A stretch of DNA of 64,000 nt. It comes from Promethearchaeati archaeon SRVP18_Atabeyarchaeia-1. Its GTDB lineage: Archaea; Asgardarchaeota; Atabeyarchaeia; Atabeyarchaeales; Atabeyarchaeaceae. How positions within the stretch are numbered: position 1 is the first letter of the stretch; the number at the start of each line of letters is the position of its first letter. A program made the translations under genes and the position numbers. The notes below the pieces were generated by a model. That model searched no databases, was not told where the DNA came from, and saw only the letters and a list, made by a program, of their open reading frames with translations. Shown piece by piece: positions 60,465 through 64,000 of this stretch. The stretch is from assembly GCA_037308085.1 (NCBI GenBank), contig CP147779.1:2400001-2464000 (forward strand), written 5' to 3'.

Positions 60465-61568
60465 TCAGATTACTTCGATCTCCTTGTATAATCCGTGCCT
60501 TGGCGACGGGAACAGAACACAATCGTTAGGGTCAAAATGCACATACACGTTGTCGCCGGCACTGAATCGCTCCAGAGCGCTTGAGGAAATCTTGCAGAAG
60601 ACAGTCGTGTCGATTGCCTGCAGCTTAACCTCATATCTCCTTAAGCTGCCGAGGAATGTGACCCCCTCGACTGTGCCTTCTAGACTGTTTTCCTTGACAG
60701 GTTCGGAGAATAGGCGTGTTTTTTCGAGTCTGATTCCCACGACGACAAGTTTACCTGTTCCGAATTCTCCACATGAAACTCGAATCTCAGTTTCCTCGCC
60801 CAAGTCGATTATTGAACCCTTTGAGCTGGTTTTCTTGATGACACCTTCTAGGAGGTTTGCGCCACCAAGGAAGTGTGCGGAAAAGATTGTCGCTGGGTGA
60901 TTGTACAGATCAAGGGGGGTGCCGACCTGTTCGATCTTGCCTTCCTTCAGTAATGCGATTCTATCGGCTATCGTGACGGCTTCCTCTTGGTCATGTGTTA
61001 CGTGGATCGCGGTCAGATGAAGATCCTTAGCGAGGTTCTTAATGTCGTCTCTAATTTCAGTTCTCAGCCTGGCGTCTAGAGCACCTAAAGGTTCATCGAG
61101 TAGCAGGATCTTCGCACCTGACGCGAGTGACCTTGCCAAGCCTACTCTCTGCTGCATTCCGCCGCTCAATTCGTTAGGATATGATCTTGATCTTCGGCCG
61201 AGCCTAACCAAGTCAAGAGTATCCATGGCAACCTTGAAGGCATCTTCGTACTTCATCCCCTTTGACAGTGGGCCGAATAAGACATTGTCCAAGACGGTCA
61301 TGTGGGGAAACAATGCAAAGCTCTGAAAAACCAGAGCCGTGTTTCTCTCTTCCGCTGGGACATCGTTCATCAATAACCGATCAAAGTAGATTTCGCCTTC
61401 GCTGGGTTTCAAAATACCAGCTAGGATTTTAAGTAGCGTTGTTTTTCCGGCACCCGTCGGCCCCAGGATGCAGACATATTCGCCGTCGTTTACGACTAAG
61501 GAGAGGTCATTGATGGCTGTCACTCTTCCGAATTTCTTAGTTATGTTCCTGAGTCTGATCATTGGCAT
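60465..61568 (-). CDS. ABC transporter ATP-binding protein
   Basis: GPTGAGKT, LSGGMQQ, LLLDEP and HVTHDQEE. Confidence 0.9.
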   Translation of the reverse strand: MPMIRLRNITKKFGRVTAINDLSLVVNDGEYVCILGPTGAGKTTLLKILAGILKPSEGEIYFDRLLMNDVPAEERNTALVFQSFALFPHMTVLDNVLFGPLSKGMKYEDAFKVAMDTLDLVRLGRRSRSYPNELSGGMQQRVGLARSLASGAKILLLDEPLGALDARLRTEIRDDIKNLAKDLHLTAIHVTHDQEEAVTIADRIALLKEGKIEQVGTPLDLYNHPATIFSAHFLGGANLLEGVIKKTSSKGSIIDLGEETEIRVSCGEFGTGKLVVVGIRLEKTRLFSEPVKENSLEGTVEGVTFLGSLRRYEVKLQAIDTTVFCKISSSALERFSAGDNVYVHFDPNDCVLFPSPRHGLYKEIEVI

Positions 61569-61569
61569 C

Positions 61570-63234
61570 CTAGGTTCGTCTCCTTGTCTTAACGCCCTTT
61601 GCGAGTACAATGAGAATTAGTATTGAGAAGAATATGAGCATCCCGCATCCCAGTGCAGTCTCGGTCTGAGTCGCTATCGGTGCACCTATGAGGAGGGCCT
61701 TCACCCATTTTACGATCAGTATTGGGGCAGTTGTCACCGTCGTGCTCAGCGCCTGAGTCGCGCCTGTCTCTGCCACACTTCTCGTGAAAACTAAGATGGA
61801 GCCTGCAAGTACCGAGTACTTCATCAACGGGAGAGTCACTCTTCTGAATGACGTAAACGGGTGACCTCCCAGAGTTCTTGCTGCATTCTCAAGTTCGGGA
61901 TTGATGTTCTCCATTGCGGCAATTACGGAGCGCACAAAATACGGGTAGGTTATGCAGAGGTGCGCCAAGACTATTATGCCGAAATCTCCGCCAGGTCTTA
62001 CCCCGAGCGCTTGCCAGAAAAATGGAAGAGTTACGCCCAAGGCAACGGACGGAACAATTATTGGAACGTTTATTAGGGAGTCGAGGATCGATGAGCCGAG
62101 CGAACCCGCTCTCCTTCTCGCGACTAGTACGCCCATGGGCAGACCGACCAATATGATTATGAATGTGACTATCAATGCGACCAAGTAGGATGTTACCAAG
62201 CTACTCCAATAGTCGCTCCATATTCCCTGAGACTGAATCGCGGCGGATAGTGAACCATTCGCAATGCCGGCAAAAGAAGGAATCGCAACGAACAGCGAAG
62301 GAAGAAGGATGATGAGAAGGAAAACCAGTATGGAGGACGTATCTCTTGACTTTCTTGCTTCCTCGCCACTTAGTTTTCTCTCTGGTCTTGCCCAGACGCT
62401 CTTCACTGGCAGTTTTATGTGTGGCGCAAGGGCTCGTATCAAAACGAAGACTAACAGAGAGACAATGATGAGAACCGCGCTGACATACACCAATGGACCT
62501 ACACTGGCTGACTTGCCATACGTATTGATCATGTTCTGGATGAAAACAGGCCCGTTTTCGAATGTGCCAGCTACCAGAAAAGTCGCGCCCGTCTCAGACA
62601 ATGAGCGGGAAAACGCTAAGAGGAATGATGCTACTTCACCGGACTTCAGTATGGGTAGCGTCACTGTCCTCGCGACTGTGAATGTGGGAGCGCCAAGAGT
62701 TCTTGCTGCAGTGTCATAGGTTACGTCATACTCCATTATTTCGCCTACCATGACTCTAACTATGACCGGATAAGAAAAGGCGAAATGAAGCAATCCCACG
62801 AGAGCCCAACCAGGTGAAATAATTGATTGACCAAAAAGCGAGGACAGCCCTCCGGGTTGGCTCCAGAAGAGCAGAAGAGAATAGCCCAATGCGGAGGTCG
62901 GAACGATGAAGGGGATGTTCGCCATTGAGTCCAAGATTCCCAGCCATCTTGAGTTACCCCTAACTATGAGCCAAGCCATGGGCACTCCGAGCAGCAGGTC
63001 AATAGTGGAGACAATGAATGCCAGTGCAAATGAGTTGACCATGGCTGAATTTGCTCTGCCGAGCATTACTGGGTCTGATAATATGCTTCCTATAGATCCT
63101 GCCTGCGACAGGATTCCGAGTATTGGAGGAAGAAGTATTAGGAAGAAGAAGAAGATGACTGAAGTTGAATAGACTATTATCCTTACATAGCGTTTTGACG
63201 AAAGCCTATCGAGGAACCGCATAATCGAGGGCAA
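61570..63234 (-). CDS. ABC transporter permease (fused duplicate, FbpB/ThiP type)
   Basis: Two EAA loops (AARTLGA and AARTLGG). Confidence 0.9.
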   Translation of the reverse strand: MPSIMRFLDRLSSKRYVRIIVYSTSVIFFFFLILLPPILGILSQAGSIGSILSDPVMLGRANSAMVNSFALAFIVSTIDLLLGVPMAWLIVRGNSRWLGILDSMANIPFIVPTSALGYSLLLFWSQPGGLSSLFGQSIISPGWALVGLLHFAFSYPVIVRVMVGEIMEYDVTYDTAARTLGAPTFTVARTVTLPILKSGEVASFLLAFSRSLSETGATFLVAGTFENGPVFIQNMINTYGKSASVGPLVYVSAVLIIVSLLVFVLIRALAPHIKLPVKSVWARPERKLSGEEARKSRDTSSILVFLLIILLPSLFVAIPSFAGIANGSLSAAIQSQGIWSDYWSSLVTSYLVALIVTFIIILVGLPMGVLVARRRAGSLGSSILDSLINVPIIVPSVALGVTLPFFWQALGVRPGGDFGIIVLAHLCITYPYFVRSVIAAMENINPELENAARTLGGHPFTSFRRVTLPLMKYSVLAGSILVFTRSVAETGATQALSTTVTTAPILIVKWVKALLIGAPIATQTETALGCGMLIFFSILILIVLAKGVKTRRRT

Positions 63235-63452
63235 AACTCTTTCTTCTCCAACTACTCATTAAACGAGTTCATTCGCCTGACTCCATTCAGAACCTGTTTT
63301 TCCGCATCTTCTTTGTTTCATCTGCTTCTCGGCACCCATTAATCAAGGTATGATTCCAAAGGCTTGGTTGAGTGTACGGAAATAAATCATTTGTGATCCG
63401 CGGTTAAGGCGACGAGCCAAAACAGAATCTCAACCTATCATCTGGCGTGTTT

Positions 63453-64000
63453 CTATCTCCTTGAGACGAATACGCTGCCCCTGACATAGAACCGCCAGTG
63501 TCTTTCTTCGCCAGCGCTTATTCCTATCCTCTTCGTTGCGACAACTTCTAATTCTGGTATATATTCATGGTCTTCTCTAATATACAGGATAGACGTAGGA
63601 TTGGTTAGGTCCATCCCGTTCAGCTTCCCGGTGACCAGCATTGCTTTGGCCAGTTTTCCTGGACCGTTTGCCAGCTGCGTCAGTGGCATGCTTTCTCGCT
63701 CTACCCTGTTTGTTGACTTGTCCTTGCTGAATAGCCTATTCCGCGTCATTTTCTCTATTCCGGTAATCGGTTCTAATGCCCTCAAAAGGACGGCGCCCGC
63801 CTTCTCAGATTCGCTTCTAGCAGTTGCGTTTAGGCAAAAATGATTCCCGTAGATGAAGTATACGTAGGCCAATCCGACTTGTTGAAACATGACGCTGTTT
63901 CTTTTTGTGGGCCCTCGGTAAGCGTGGCTTGCGGGGTCATTTTCGCCGCTGTATGCTTCTACTTCTACAATTCGACCCTCCATCAGGACGCCTCTTGGGA
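63453..64000 (-). CDS. mpg: 3-methyladenine DNA glycosylase (AAG/MPG), 5' end likely outside window
   Basis: GRIVEVEAY, DPASHAY, YVYFIYG, AVLLRALEP, NGPGKL and RIGIS. Confidence 0.9.
   Translation of the reverse strand, partial: PRGVLMEGRIVEVEAYSGENDPASHAYRGPTKRNSVMFQQVGLAYVYFIYGNHFCLNATARSESEKAGAVLLRALEPITGIEKMTRNRLFSKDKSTNRVERESMPLTQLANGPGKLAKAMLVTGKLNGMDLTNPTSILYIREDHEYIPELEVVATKRIGISAGEERHWRFYVRGSVFVSRR

Noticed and set aside
1-64000. tRNA, rRNA, SRP/RNase P RNA and CRISPR arrays
   Set aside because: No T-loop/anticodon cloverleaf, rRNA signature or regularly spaced repeat-spacer array was recognised by eye; tRNAscan-SE/Infernal would be needed to exclude them.

Overview
Archaeal chromosomal segment, most likely from an Asgard archaeon. 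The inference rests on a longin-domain protein, a longin-small GTPase fusion, Alba, a Trm5/Taw2-type methylase and a PolB2 cassette. Most of the window is ordinary metabolic, transport and regulatory genes: two GH3 paralogs, a radical SAM/SPASM enzyme, a molybdopterin oxidoreductase, a TusA-DsrEFH sulfur-relay operon, 4-hydroxybutyryl-CoA dehydratase, GH2, a non-Pyl MttB, an ABC transporter and several GNATs. The most striking content is IS200/IS605-derived. (i) A TnpB-only IS (22576-23717) splits a 3-hydroxyacyl-CoA dehydrogenase gene precisely. (ii) Two protein-free IS200/IS605-ended elements (12925-13367 and 14435-14803) each carry their own TATA-like promoter and a divergent but colinear, compensatorily varying structured RNA of about 280-320 nt. 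I cannot assign this RNA to a known family, and it is the best candidate for an undescribed system here. (iii) Further solo end remnants lie at about 3272 and about 16191. A variable region (about 54.6-58.5 kb) is punctuated by a roughly 60-bp repeat and carries an HNH remnant, an XRE/membrane pair with tandem operators, a SnoaL protein and an orphan DNA methyltransferase. I recognised no tRNA, rRNA or CRISPR array. All calls come from reading the sequence by eye; no database searches were run.
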